A DNA stretch of 64,000 nt from a virus, in the IMG/VR virus record IMGVR_UViG_3300045988_160427. One strand, given 5' to 3'. Both the position numbers and the translations under genes were made by a program. Below are positions 46,274-56,500 of this stretch, one piece after another; the first letter of the stretch is position 1, and every line of letters begins with the position of its first letter. The notes beneath the pieces are model-generated. The model was given only the letters and a program-made list of their open reading frames with translations, made no database searches and was not told the origin of the DNA.

Positions 46274-46462
46274 TTAATTTTGAATTTTATAATATAATCC
46301 ACATTCACAATATCCTTCTTCTTGACTTTCGATAAACTCTTTACACATACATTTGGTTTCTGGGGTTTTTTTAATTTTACATAAGCAGTAATTATTATTT
46401 TTTTTCAATTGTTTTTTAAATTGTTTAACAAAGTCTGTGTCTGGGTTCATAAGAATAATCAT
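46274..46462 (-). CDS. small protein with three CxC pairs (CLC...CMC...CEC), metal-binding?
   Basis: 62-aa ORF. Confidence 0.35.
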   Translation of the reverse strand: MIILMNPDTDFVKQFKKQLKKNNNYCLCKIKKTPETKCMCKEFIESQEEGYCECGLYYKIQN

Positions 46463-46920
46463 AATATTTTTTTATTTTCCTTTCTGAATTGATGATTAAT
46501 ATTTTCCAAGTAGGTGTGATTTTTCATATTTACTATTTTATAAGTCTTGCCACGATCACAATAATTTCCTATTCGTATATAATCTAAATTTTTAGCTATA
46601 GATTCAAAATGCTTTATTTCATATTCGTTTTTAGTATGATAACAACTATAATAAAAAGTCTTATATCCCTCTTTTTTACATAATAATACTACTTTTTCTA
46701 AATCGTCTTGGTTTATTTCTGTATAAAATAGGTCATGATATATCTCCCAAAAACAAACACAAGTAATTTTATCTTTTTTATGTTTTTCTAATATAGAATG
46801 AATATCTTCTAAAAGTTTATTGTGTTCACAAGAAGACACTCTTTCTTGGACAGTGTTAATAATTAGAACCTTTTCTTTTGGTAGAATATCTTTAATAAAA
46901 TATGATGAATATGTAAGCAT
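46459..46920 (-). CDS. NrdG-like paralog lacking the N-terminal radical-SAM cysteine cluster
   Basis: Shares ITCVCF and LDY(L/I)(K/R)IG(R/N)Y motifs with the adjacent NrdG but has no CxxxCxxC. Confidence 0.45.
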   Translation of the reverse strand: MLTYSSYFIKDILPKEKVLIINTVQERVSSCEHNKLLEDIHSILEKHKKDKITCVCFWEIYHDLFYTEINQDDLEKVVLLCKKEGYKTFYYSCYHTKNEYEIKHFESIAKNLDYIRIGNYCDRGKTYKIVNMKNHTYLENINHQFRKENKKIL

Positions 46921-46935
46921 TTATTACTCCTAATT

Positions 46936-47463
46936 TTATTTATTATAAAATAAAGATGTTATATCATATATTTTATAATTTCTTGTGTTGTTGCTATCAA
47001 AATGTACAATTTTATAAAAAATTTGATTTGTGTTTTTTGAATTTAATCCCCCTTTTAGATAATTGTATCTTCCTATTTTTAAATAATCTAAATATTGCAT
47101 GTAAGTATTAAAATGTTCTAATTCTTTTTCAGCTTCTCCTAAGGTATGATAAGGTTTGCCATTTCCATATCCAGAATATAAACAAGTTTTTAATTTATGT
47201 TTTTTACAAATTTTCAAACATTTTATTAGGTCTGATTCATTATGATCTCCCCCAAAGAAACACACGCATGTTATTAAATTTTCATATAGTTTTATAATGT
47301 TTTCAAGATTGTCCAGCAATGGTATTCCTTCATCTTTCCAAAGGAATGGAGAGTGGCACCCCTTGCATTTATAGGGGCAACCACTAACATTTATTCCCAA
47401 TGTTACTTCGTTAGGAACCTCTTGAAAAACTACAAAGTATGATTCATACTTTAGCATTATCAT
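46936..47463 (-). CDS. nrdG: anaerobic ribonucleoside-triphosphate reductase activating protein (radical SAM)
   Basis: GINVSGCPYKCKGCHSP has the CxxxCxxC cluster in the NrdG context, adjacent to nrdD. Confidence 0.8.
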   Translation of the reverse strand: MIMLKYESYFVVFQEVPNEVTLGINVSGCPYKCKGCHSPFLWKDEGIPLLDNLENIIKLYENLITCVCFFGGDHNESDLIKCLKICKKHKLKTCLYSGYGNGKPYHTLGEAEKELEHFNTYMQYLDYLKIGRYNYLKGGLNSKNTNQIFYKIVHFDSNNTRNYKIYDITSLFYNK

Positions 47464-48757
47464 AATACCTCTTTTTTTCCTCTGTCTGCCTTGCTTCGGA
47501 AAAACTAGAAACTCTTTTTAAATAACCAATGACGCGAGTAATATAATCCAAATTATTACTACCACATTTAGGACATTTAGCTAATTTATGTTTAGACACA
47601 TAACCGCAATCATTACATGCAGTGTTTGGAATATTGAATGTAAAATAACTACATCCTGTTTGAATTGCTACATTCAACAACTGTAAATATTGTTGTTTTG
47701 TCAAATGTTCTTCGAGGTTGGCATGTAAAGCTGAACCACCATCTAAATATTTTGTTAACTTATCTCCGTGTAAAATAAATTTGTCTAATAAATTAGATTT
47801 AGTGTCCTCCACAATGTAGAAATAACTGTTGTAACAGTCTCTTGGTACAAAATATCCATCTTCTTTATCCCATTTTGCATTTTTAACGCCTAAATTTTCT
47901 GCGGGAACAAACTCTGTATTGAACATAATTTCATTAGTTTTATCTTTTTTATTTTCCTCATAAATAGGTCTTAAAATAGCTTCTCCATAATTAAAATATT
48001 CTTCATTAGGAGAAATTTCAATGCCTAAAAATTCTGCTCCTTCCAAAAAACCATTAATACCAATAGTTAAATATTGTTTCTCTAAAGCAATATATCCAGC
48101 ATCATATACAGGAAGCATACGAGAATTAAAATTATCTTTAACAATCTCATTGTATGCTGTTAAATAACAATGAATTTTATGTGTTTGTTCTCTAACTGCT
48201 TTCTCAACATCTTTTAGTGTAGCGTTTTTATTTTTTCTGTATACATTTTGCACCAAACGATTGATGTTAATTGTAATTACGCCTTTAGAGCCAGTGGAAA
48301 CTCCCCCTGCTCCGAGTGTGAAAGAAAAAGTATTATCTTGTAATTCATTTTTTAGACGGCAGCATGAAGAAAGGGAGTCGACACTATTACTTCGATAACA
48401 AAAGAAAGAATGTCCTTCAGTCCACATTTCTGCCACAAAATCTTTCCATTCTTTGTCTACATAATCTTTTCCATCATCTAATAAGTTAACAGTTTCTACA
48501 GGGAAAGATAGGAAAGAAGTGGCGGTTTTTAATCTTTCTGCATTAAACCATTTCATAAAATCCTTTTGAAGCCAATTTACGCTCTCCCAACAAGGCTCAG
48601 AACCATCAGGAAAAACAAAATCTTCAAACATGCCGTTAAAATAAGGTTGGTCGAAATAAGCAATATTCCAAAACCCTTGTATTCCATACAATGCGCTACG
48701 TTGTATGCGTTCTCTTATGAACTGCTTTATGTCACCATAAAGAGTAGACCATATCAC
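47444..48757 (-). CDS. nrdD: anaerobic ribonucleoside-triphosphate reductase, exon 2 (C-terminal two thirds); true exon start about 48713, upstream ORF portion is intron
   Basis: C-terminal zinc ribbon CNDCGYVSKHKLAKCPKCGS and glycyl-radical motif TRVIGYL. 437 aa is too short for NrdD alone. Confidence 0.8.
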   Translation of the reverse strand: MIWSTLYGDIKQFIRERIQRSALYGIQGFWNIAYFDQPYFNGMFEDFVFPDGSEPCWESVNWLQKDFMKWFNAERLKTATSFLSFPVETVNLLDDGKDYVDKEWKDFVAEMWTEGHSFFCYRSNSVDSLSSCCRLKNELQDNTFSFTLGAGGVSTGSKGVITININRLVQNVYRKNKNATLKDVEKAVREQTHKIHCYLTAYNEIVKDNFNSRMLPVYDAGYIALEKQYLTIGINGFLEGAEFLGIEISPNEEYFNYGEAILRPIYEENKKDKTNEIMFNTEFVPAENLGVKNAKWDKEDGYFVPRDCYNSYFYIVEDTKSNLLDKFILHGDKLTKYLDGGSALHANLEEHLTKQQYLQLLNVAIQTGCSYFTFNIPNTACNDCGYVSKHKLAKCPKCGSNNLDYITRVIGYLKRVSSFSEARQTEEKKRYYDNAKV

Positions 48758-49672
48758 TATCCTTTGAAAGGATACTCCCCATTTCCACTATCAAACGCTT
48801 ATAGTGTACTTGCTTTCGCAATGGTCGTTGAACGTTCCCTTTATAGGGCTTCGCTTCTGATTGTCTTATTATAATTATGAATTTTAAACAAGTGACAGTT
48901 TTTACAATAAGTAATTAAATTATTTTTATCTAAAAATCTAGGGTCGGCAATAATAATATTATATAATTCATCTACTTTATCAACAACATTTAATTCTTTA
49001 TGTTCGTTACATATTTTTTTAATTATTGTTGCAAAAGGAATGATATGATGTGTGTGTAAATTATTATGGCTCCCGCATATTTGACAAGTATAATTATCTC
49101 TTTTCCGAACTTCTGGAGAAATATTGTTTTGATAAAACTGTCTACATCTTGATTCTAAGGTGCTTATTCCACCTTTCCAATTATGGTGTTCTTTACCTTT
49201 TTGTACCCCAATCTTGGCTTCCGAAATGTCTCTAACATGGATTTTAAATTCTTTTAAAACTCTATTTATTACATGAGGGGCACAATTAAACATTTTACCT
49301 AATTGTTCTTTTGTACAATGTTGTGTTATATATAAATCATACATTTTATTATAATCATTAAATTCAGGAGGAATTTCTTTATTGTTTTTAGCAAAGTGTG
49401 AAGCGCTTAGAGAGCGCCTCTCTACTCCCATTTGTATTAAATGATTTAAAACACTTCTATGAGAGGTTTGTAATATTTTACCTATTTCTACACTTGATTT
49501 TTTTTGATTTATATATAAGTCAAAAATGATCTCATCATCTTTTTGGGTTAATTTTCTCCCCATTTGTATCACCTCCTTGTTTTAGAATGATAAAATTATA
49601 ATCATAATAAGATTTTCCAGAAATTAAAGGAGTTTGCTATATCTATTACTACATATAGGCGCATTTTAGTTT
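48714..49672 (-). mobile_element. group I intron interrupting nrdD, with HNH homing endonuclease gene inserted between the P4 strands (P5 region)
   Basis: Minus-strand elements: P4 5' strand TTCTGG (complement of 49617-49622) pairs with CAGAA in AATCAGAAGCG (48847-48863, overlapping the HEG 3' end). R-like GTTCAACGACCA (48822-48833). GAAA-tetraloop hairpin TTGCGAAAGCAA. S-like GATATGGTCTACTC (48754-48741) with P7 GACCAT/ATGGTC. P9 hairpin CTTTAT-GGTGAC-ATAAAG (48742-48725). Boundaries inferred (5' SS after U 49673 by a GCGU/GCGC P1; 3' SS after G 48714). Confidence 0.6.
48841..49563 (-). CDS. HNH homing endonuclease with N-terminal helix-turn-helix-like region
   Basis: CQICGSHNNLHTHHIIPF...NLITYCKNCHLFKIH is the HNH motif. 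ATG at 49563 with AAGGAGGTG RBS. Lies between the two nrdD segments. Confidence 0.8.
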   Translation of the reverse strand: MGRKLTQKDDEIIFDLYINQKKSSVEIGKILQTSHRSVLNHLIQMGVERRSLSASHFAKNNKEIPPEFNDYNKMYDLYITQHCTKEQLGKMFNCAPHVINRVLKEFKIHVRDISEAKIGVQKGKEHHNWKGGISTLESRCRQFYQNNISPEVRKRDNYTCQICGSHNNLHTHHIIPFATIIKKICNEHKELNVVDKVDELYNIIIADPRFLDKNNLITYCKNCHLFKIHNYNKTIRSEAL

Positions 49673-50319
49673 ACGCTTTGAAAATTCCTCGCGGCGGCTG
49701 GCTGATTTAGCGAATAAACCACTTGACTAAATTTGTCATGAATAATTGAATGAATGGTTCTTTCTCTTCCTATTGCGTTTACTACTACATCTGGATTTAA
49801 GTAATAATTATCTCCATATTCTTTTCTGATAAAATAATCCATATACATTAAAAATTCTGGTGTACTTACAGCTCCTGCAAATTGCGAAGCAATAGCAAAA
49901 ACCAAGTTAACAAAACTTCCGCAAAATGAATCTAAATTTTTTGGTGCTGTAGATAAACCTCCGATATTGGTTAAACCATCAAATAAAAATGGATACATAG
50001 TAATACTTACACAATAAGGCAACATTGGATTGGTTTCGTCATGTCTATAAATTTCATGACCATCCAAAGAACGAATATACTCCTCTGCTAACTCTTCACC
50101 ATAAAGCTCCGTAATTTTCTCAATCATTAAAAGTCTATTAATACCTATGGCATCTTTTTTATACAATTCTCCAGTACAGGTAGTTACATTTTTATTTTCC
50201 ACATTTGCATTCGAATCAACTTGACTTCCGCTTGCGGCATTTGAAGCTACTCTATAGGAATTAATAAAATCAACATAGGAACGATATTTTTCTTTATAGT
50301 TCAATAAAAGATTTGACAT
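49666..50319 (-). CDS. nrdD: anaerobic ribonucleoside-triphosphate reductase, exon 1 (N-terminal third); stop at 49666-49668 lies in the intron
   Basis: 217-aa ORF directly upstream of the HNH gene and nrdD C-terminal ORF, same strand. Combined length about 640 aa fits NrdD. Assignment is by context. Confidence 0.6.
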   Translation of the reverse strand: MSNLLLNYKEKYRSYVDFINSYRVASNAASGSQVDSNANVENKNVTTCTGELYKKDAIGINRLLMIEKITELYGEELAEEYIRSLDGHEIYRHDETNPMLPYCVSITMYPFLFDGLTNIGGLSTAPKNLDSFCGSFVNLVFAIASQFAGAVSTPEFLMYMDYFIRKEYGDNYYLNPDVVVNAIGRERTIHSIIHDKFSQVVYSLNQPAAARNFQSVN

Positions 50320-50325
50320 TTTTAC

Positions 50326-50541
50326 TCACCTTTCTCCATTAATAATTTTTTGATACGCTTCTGCATAAGTTAAAAAATCTTCATCAATTTGCAACACTGG
50401 AAGACTATAAATTTTTCTTGCTTGAATCTCCTCCAATTCATAGGTTTTTTTAAATTCAATACCTTTTTCAACTAATTTTCTTTCTAAGATTTTACATTTC
50501 GGACAAGATGGCGAAGAATACAAAATAATTTGTTTACCCAT
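50326..50541 (-). CDS. nrdH: glutaredoxin/NrdH-like redoxin
   Basis: 71 aa. CPKC active-site motif after a beta-strand (ILYSSPSCPKCK). RNR context. Confidence 0.55.
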   Translation of the reverse strand: MGKQIILYSSPSCPKCKILERKLVEKGIEFKKTYELEEIQARKIYSLPVLQIDEDFLTYAEAYQKIINGER

Positions 50542-50552
50542 GATAACCTCCT

Positions 50553-50753
50553 TTATTTATATAAGAAAAAATAAATGAAACAAATTATTAATATTAACAA
50601 TGTAAAGGTGAATGATATTAATAATTCCAATACAATTTTTTGTAAAGTAATATTATGGTTTGGTTTATAAAACCAATAATAAAATATTATTATTAAACAA
50701 ACAAGAATCAATACAGAATTAGTATTTAATAAGGTAATTAATAAATTCGACAT
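50553..50753 (-). CDS. small hydrophobic membrane protein
   Basis: 66 aa, two hydrophobic stretches. Confidence 0.35.
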   Translation of the reverse strand: MSNLLITLLNTNSVLILVCLIIIFYYWFYKPNHNITLQKIVLELLISFTFTLLILIICFIYFFLYK

Positions 50754-50770
50754 TTACAATATAATCTCCT

Positions 50771-52921
50771 TTATTTTTTTAATAATTCATACAAAAAAGT
50801 TTCTCTACAGTCAGTAGCTTCCACTTTTATAGCATTATTGATGGTTTTTACGTCTCCAACTTCCACCAAGAGCTCTTTTGCTCTTGTATTAGCTACGTAT
50901 AATAAATTTTTATTTAATAATTTATTGTGCGAAGGATGAGTAATGTTAATAACACTTAAGAATTCAGAACCTTGTGATTTATGAGTGGAAATGGAATAGC
51001 CCAAAAGAAGATTGTTCATTTCACTATATGTATAAACAATTGAATCATCTTGAAATTTCACAATTAAACATTTGTTTTCCACATCCACTTGTTCCACAAC
51101 TCCCATATCTCCATTTACCACAGTAGCATTACCGAATTTTGCCCCTTTCTCATAATAATCTATATTTGTTACAGCGTTATAATTATTTTTAGTATTGATA
51201 ACTTTATCTCCAACTCTGAATCGCATTTCTATATTACCACGTTTGGTTGAAATTTTTTTTACGATTTCTTCTCCTTTTAATGGGTTACAAATGTTTTGTA
51301 ATTCTGTATTTATAGCATATGTTCCCATTGAACCAACATTAAAAGGGGATAATACTACAATATCATTTTTACTATATTTGGTGAGCAAGTTTTTATATTC
51401 GTTAACAATTTGTTGCAATGGATTGTTTCCTATAGGAATGAATTTATATTCTTTATTTGGTTGATATCCATCAAAAATTGGTCCTTCTTGATTTAAATAT
51501 TCTTTTTTATTTCGAATATCGGTTGCTACTGTTAATAAAGCATTTTCCCCATATCTGAAAATTTTGCTAAGTTTAACCGTTGGTATTTTTTGAGATCGTA
51601 AAATATCTCTTAACACATTACCACAACTAATGGATGGTAATTGTTGCTCATCGCAAACTAATAAAATTTTAGACGAAGTAGAAATATTATTTAATAATTT
51701 AGAAAAAATTTTCACTCCCACAAAAGAAAATTCATCTATAATAACAACATCAGCATCAATATAATTATTTTTAGCAAGTTCTTTGTGTATGGTGCTAGTA
51801 TATCTTTCGGTTACGTCTTTCAATCTTTTGGCTGCAATTCCAGTAGGAGCTAAAAGGATGTAACTTAAAAATTCTGAGTCTAGCATTTCAATGAGTGCTT
51901 TAATAGTTGAAGTTTTACCAGAGCCAGCGGGTCCGCATAAAATCAATACATCTTCATTTAATATTTTTTTAAGAACTTCTTGTTGTTCCTCGCTTAGAAA
52001 AGATTTATACTTTTCATATTGTAAATTTATATTTCTTGGGTTTTCTTTTCTTTCTAATAAATTATTAGCTATATTCCTCTCGGCTTGATAAGTCGACATT
52101 TTAGCAATAAATTTCGTATCGTTTTCATAGAAAAATGTGTCCCGCTCTTCAACTACTTTTTTAATTTTCGGAAAACACTCAGGAATCATTTCCAACGCTA
52201 AGCTAGCTACAACGTTAGCATTTATTTTTGTGTTTCCTTCCGCTTCGTTCATAGTCAATATGTGTAATAAAAGGTACTCTGTTTGAATCTCACTCCCTAA
52301 GAAAGATGGGTTAATTTTTAAAATAGTATTATTAGCACCGATAAAACCTCTTTCTAAAATATCAATTAAAACATGATACGGATTTTTCTCTAATTCTTCA
52401 TAAATTTTATCATAATTATAATATGCTTGGAATAATTTTTTACATTCTTTAAGGGTAAATTTATAATCAGGAAACATATTTATAATTTTTTGATAACGGT
52501 ATACATGATTAATTTTTTCTACATATTCATTAAATCTTCTTTCTCCAACTCCTTTAATTTTATTTAAGTCAATTTCATTTTCTTTCCCGTCTACAATCAT
52601 AGCTACAAAGTTTGGATAAACGCTATGTATGTTGTCTGCTTGTTTTTGATTCATAAATGATAATAAAATAGGAATTTCATCTGCCGCAGTGATTTCTATA
52701 TTGTCTAATGAAGGAACAGTAATTAATTCATATTGGATACCATAACGTGGATGCTCTATTTCTTTTACTACAATTTCATATTCTTGGTTTAATTGTAAAC
52801 ATCCAACGTTTCCAATCACTGTAATAAAACTATCTTCGTCAATATCTTTACAAATTTTCACTCCGTAAGATTCATTTTCAAATAAAACTTTTTGTGGAAC
52901 AACTTTTAATTTAATACTCAT
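50771..52921 (-). CDS. RecD-like SF1 DNA helicase (ATP-dependent exonuclease V alpha-like)
   Basis: Walker A LILCGPAGSGKTSTIKAL, LLAPTGIAAKRL, and DEFSFVG (Walker B-like), characteristic of RecD/Dda-type helicases. Confidence 0.75.
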   Translation of the reverse strand: MSIKLKVVPQKVLFENESYGVKICKDIDEDSFITVIGNVGCLQLNQEYEIVVKEIEHPRYGIQYELITVPSLDNIEITAADEIPILLSFMNQKQADNIHSVYPNFVAMIVDGKENEIDLNKIKGVGERRFNEYVEKINHVYRYQKIINMFPDYKFTLKECKKLFQAYYNYDKIYEELEKNPYHVLIDILERGFIGANNTILKINPSFLGSEIQTEYLLLHILTMNEAEGNTKINANVVASLALEMIPECFPKIKKVVEERDTFFYENDTKFIAKMSTYQAERNIANNLLERKENPRNINLQYEKYKSFLSEEQQEVLKKILNEDVLILCGPAGSGKTSTIKALIEMLDSEFLSYILLAPTGIAAKRLKDVTERYTSTIHKELAKNNYIDADVVIIDEFSFVGVKIFSKLLNNISTSSKILLVCDEQQLPSISCGNVLRDILRSQKIPTVKLSKIFRYGENALLTVATDIRNKKEYLNQEGPIFDGYQPNKEYKFIPIGNNPLQQIVNEYKNLLTKYSKNDIVVLSPFNVGSMGTYAINTELQNICNPLKGEEIVKKISTKRGNIEMRFRVGDKVINTKNNYNAVTNIDYYEKGAKFGNATVVNGDMGVVEQVDVENKCLIVKFQDDSIVYTYSEMNNLLLGYSISTHKSQGSEFLSVINITHPSHNKLLNKNLLYVANTRAKELLVEVGDVKTINNAIKVEATDCRETFLYELLKK

Positions 52922-53075
52922 TTTTTACTCCTTATTAAAACCGTACCTTTTTGATAACATTATATATTTTAATATGAAAATAGTCAAGTTTTAAATGATA
53001 TATTTTCAAAAATAAAATATTTTATTATAAAAGAAGCTCCTTTTTCATAAAGGGCCTCTTTTGTACGTTCCTATA

Positions 53076-53512
53076 TTATTTTAGATTAATTTCGTAATCG
53101 ATCTTTTTTATTTGCGCTTTTTGATTTTCAAACAATTTTTGGCTTTTATTGTTAAACCCCCAAATGGTTGTTTCTATTTTTGTCTTTTTTTTCAACCTAG
53201 CTTCAATTTTAATCATATTAATAAGAAGAGTTCCAATTCCTTTTCTAGCATAATGTTTTGTAATACACATATCTTCTATATATATACTTTCATTTTGCAA
53301 ATAACATAGTATAAAACCAATGAATTTTCCATTCTTTTTAACTTTATATCCAAATCTATTTGTATTTTTCATTAATAGATTAAAACTATATTCTTCTAAT
53401 AGCTTTTTTCTTTTAATGACTCTGGGCAGAAAGTTAAATGATAATCATATTCCTCTTTGAATAAACTTTTCAAACAATTATAATCGTTTGCTGTGATTTT
53501 TGTAATTTCCAA
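53076..53512 (-). pseudogene. GNAT N-acetyltransferase gene split by a frameshift at a 6-nt homopolymer plus TAG
   Basis: N fragment from TTG 53512 to TAG 53396 reads LEITKITANDYNCLKSLFKEEYDYHLTFCPESLKEKSY, a typical GNAT N-terminus. C fragment 53372..53076 has FIGFILCYLQNESIYIEDMCITKHYARKGIG, GNAT motif A. One extra A in the A6 run (plus-strand T6 at 53404-53409) would fuse both into one about 145-aa GNAT. Confidence 0.55.
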
Positions 53513-53514
53513 AA

Positions 53515-56500
53515 TTATACTCCTTTTCTTTCACTTCTTATGATGAGGTCTGCATTATTTGAAACTTTTTCAATTAATAAAACAGTATGTTTGAAGATTG
53601 AGTTTTTATATTTTTTAGCTCTGAAATAATCATTATTTCTATAACCAACAATGCATAGTTTTGTTCCTCTTTTGAACCAACTATCATCTACCATGACTTT
53701 GTGTTCAACATCGCCCTGTGATATTCTTTGCTCATAGTAACTATAAGTTTCATCATTGAATTTTACACTTATTACTTTATTTTGAGGTGTCAAAATTTCT
53801 ATCGTTCTTTTATTTTTATTTTTATCTACCACAGTTCCACAAATTCTATAAAGATCATACTGTTTCCATATAAACTCCTCCCCGTTTCTTTTTTTATAAC
53901 TTTTGATTGCATAGCTTGGGTCTTCTGGAAGCAAATCAAAATTAATAATATTATACTTATCAAAATTAACAGACATTAGTTCATGTTGATCTTTGGGATA
54001 AAAAGACGTGGAAGAAAAAGCCCACTCTAATTCATTATTTTCTTCTATGTTGTTTTCATATAATATTTTCTTACCTATATTATTAAAATTTTTAATAAAA
54101 TCTTCATTGGAAATATATTGTTTTATCTTCTCTGCATAAGGCTTCGTTGCACGATCTAAATTTTTATCAATAATTATCATATAATCATTTTCATAATAAA
54201 AATCCACATCCTCTTTTAAGTTAGGAAACCAGTATAACAAATCAGACTCAACTTTTTTCGGAACCATATAATGTTTTTTTGTTTTTATTTTTTCATCTTG
54301 TTTGTAAAAATTCATTTTATTTTTGATATTTTTACAAAGCATATACGGAGTTAATAAATTTTCTGGTATATAAATATCATATTCCAATATTTTATTAATA
54401 TTTTGCAATGATAATTCTTTTTTTTCTTCATATTCTAATGAAAAAAATTCTTTCATTATTTCAATTCTGTTTTCATTGAATTCATCAAAACAACCAGCCT
54501 TTATTAATGTAATTATTTTTTGCTTCTTAATTAGCGATTCTTTATTATTTTTAATTTTGTTATAAAAATCTATAAAAGAATCATAAGGTCTATTATTAAC
54601 TATTTCTCTAGCTACTTCGTTGCTAATTCCAGAAATACCACCTAATCCAAAAAGAATACTATTATCTTCTCTGTTTGGCGTGAAAGAAATGTTTGATTTA
54701 TTAATTGATGGTGGTAAAATATTTATTCCATGATGTTTCATTTTATAAATACTTCGCGCCATTTTTCCATAGTCAATAGCTGTCCTTTTATCTTTTTCAT
54801 CGTCTGATTGACTTTCCACAGTTAAACAGGCACAATTCCAATAAACGGGCGGGTAATAATAATTCAAATTCAATTCTTGCAAAGCAATGATCGAATAAGA
54901 TGCCGAATGTATTTGAGAAAAAGAATAGCCAAAACTTGCAGCAAAAATTACATTCCAAATATACTCTAAAAACAATTTTCTGGTTCCTAGTTTTTCACCA
55001 TATTCAAAAAATTGTTTTTTCGCTTCTTCTTGTAATTGTGCACTTTTTTTCGCAATACTTTTTCTAAGTTTATTACTTTCTTTTAAAGTATACCCGCTTA
55101 CTCTTTTGTCCATGCTAATACGCATTAATTTTTCTTGGCTATCTGCTAAACCATAAGAATCATTTAAGTACTCTTTTAAACAAGCTTGCTCATTTTCATT
55201 CAACCCATAACTTGTCATTTCTTCATACCAATCATTTATATTTTGTTTAAATCTTGCATATTTTAACAATGGAGACTCTTGACCTGGTTGTGCCATTAAT
55301 CTAAGCAAATTGTTAGTAGCAGATAAATCCATAACGCTGTGAGGTTGTGTAAGGTTTAAAGCACGCTCACTTATTTTGGTATCAAATTGAAACACACTAT
55401 AAATATTTTTAATTATATCCCACATATTTTTATCATCATATTCTAAAATATCAGGATGAATATATTTTTCGTATGTTTTTTTCAGTGTTCCTTGCCACTC
55501 TATAATTCCATCTTTTAATAATAGATTTAGTGTCGTATGAATTTTATCTGTGGCTATGGTTTTTAACAAATCAAACTTAATTTCTCCACAGTATTCAGAG
55601 TCTATTAAATCGTAACAAGAACATAATTCTCCTTTAGGGGAACGCATAGAAGCAATATAGTTAGTATATGAGTCATTACCAACTAAAATACCAGCAGCAT
55701 GTGTACTTCTTCCTGTAATCAAACCTTCTAAAGAAAGAGCACATTCTTTCAAATTAGGATATTTTTCTACTTCACGAATAAAACTTTGGATAGGTTGCCT
55801 TTGTTTCTCTACGTTGCCCTCGAGACAATCTCGCAAACTCCAAGTAAAACCTCTTTCTACTGGTATCATTGATTTAATATAATCTGCCACATCGTTGTTA
55901 ATACCAAGCCCTTTGCAGCTTTTTTCTATGGCAGTTTTACTCGTTAGCGCAGAAAAAGTTGCTATACTTAAAACTCTGTCTTCACCAAAATATTCAACTA
56001 CCCCTTGGATGATTTCATTCTTCTTAGATGATTCTGAATCTGTATCTATATCTGGTAATTCTACACCTCTATCTATATTCATAAATCTCCAAAAAGGCAT
56101 ATATTCTCCGAAAGGAACTGGGTCTATTTGAGTAATGTCTAGTAAATAACAAGACAGACATGCGCCGGCACTTCCTCTACCTGGCATTACTAAACTTCCA
56201 GCTTCCCATATGATATCTATAATTTTTGACATAGAACTGAAATAACAGGGAATAGATGTTCCCAATTCTTCACTTATTAAATGAAATTGTTCAAATTCTT
56301 CATCTAGTCTAGCAATATATTTTTCCAAATTTTCTTTTTTGGAATTAGTACAAATTTTTTCTTTTATTCCTTTTTCAACTTGGTAGAAAAAATATTGTTC
56401 ATGCAATGTTCTTTGGGGATTAGCATAATAGGCAAAATTATTATATTTAGAATAATAATTGCTAAAAGTATGCTCTATTTTAAAATTGGGTAATTTATTT

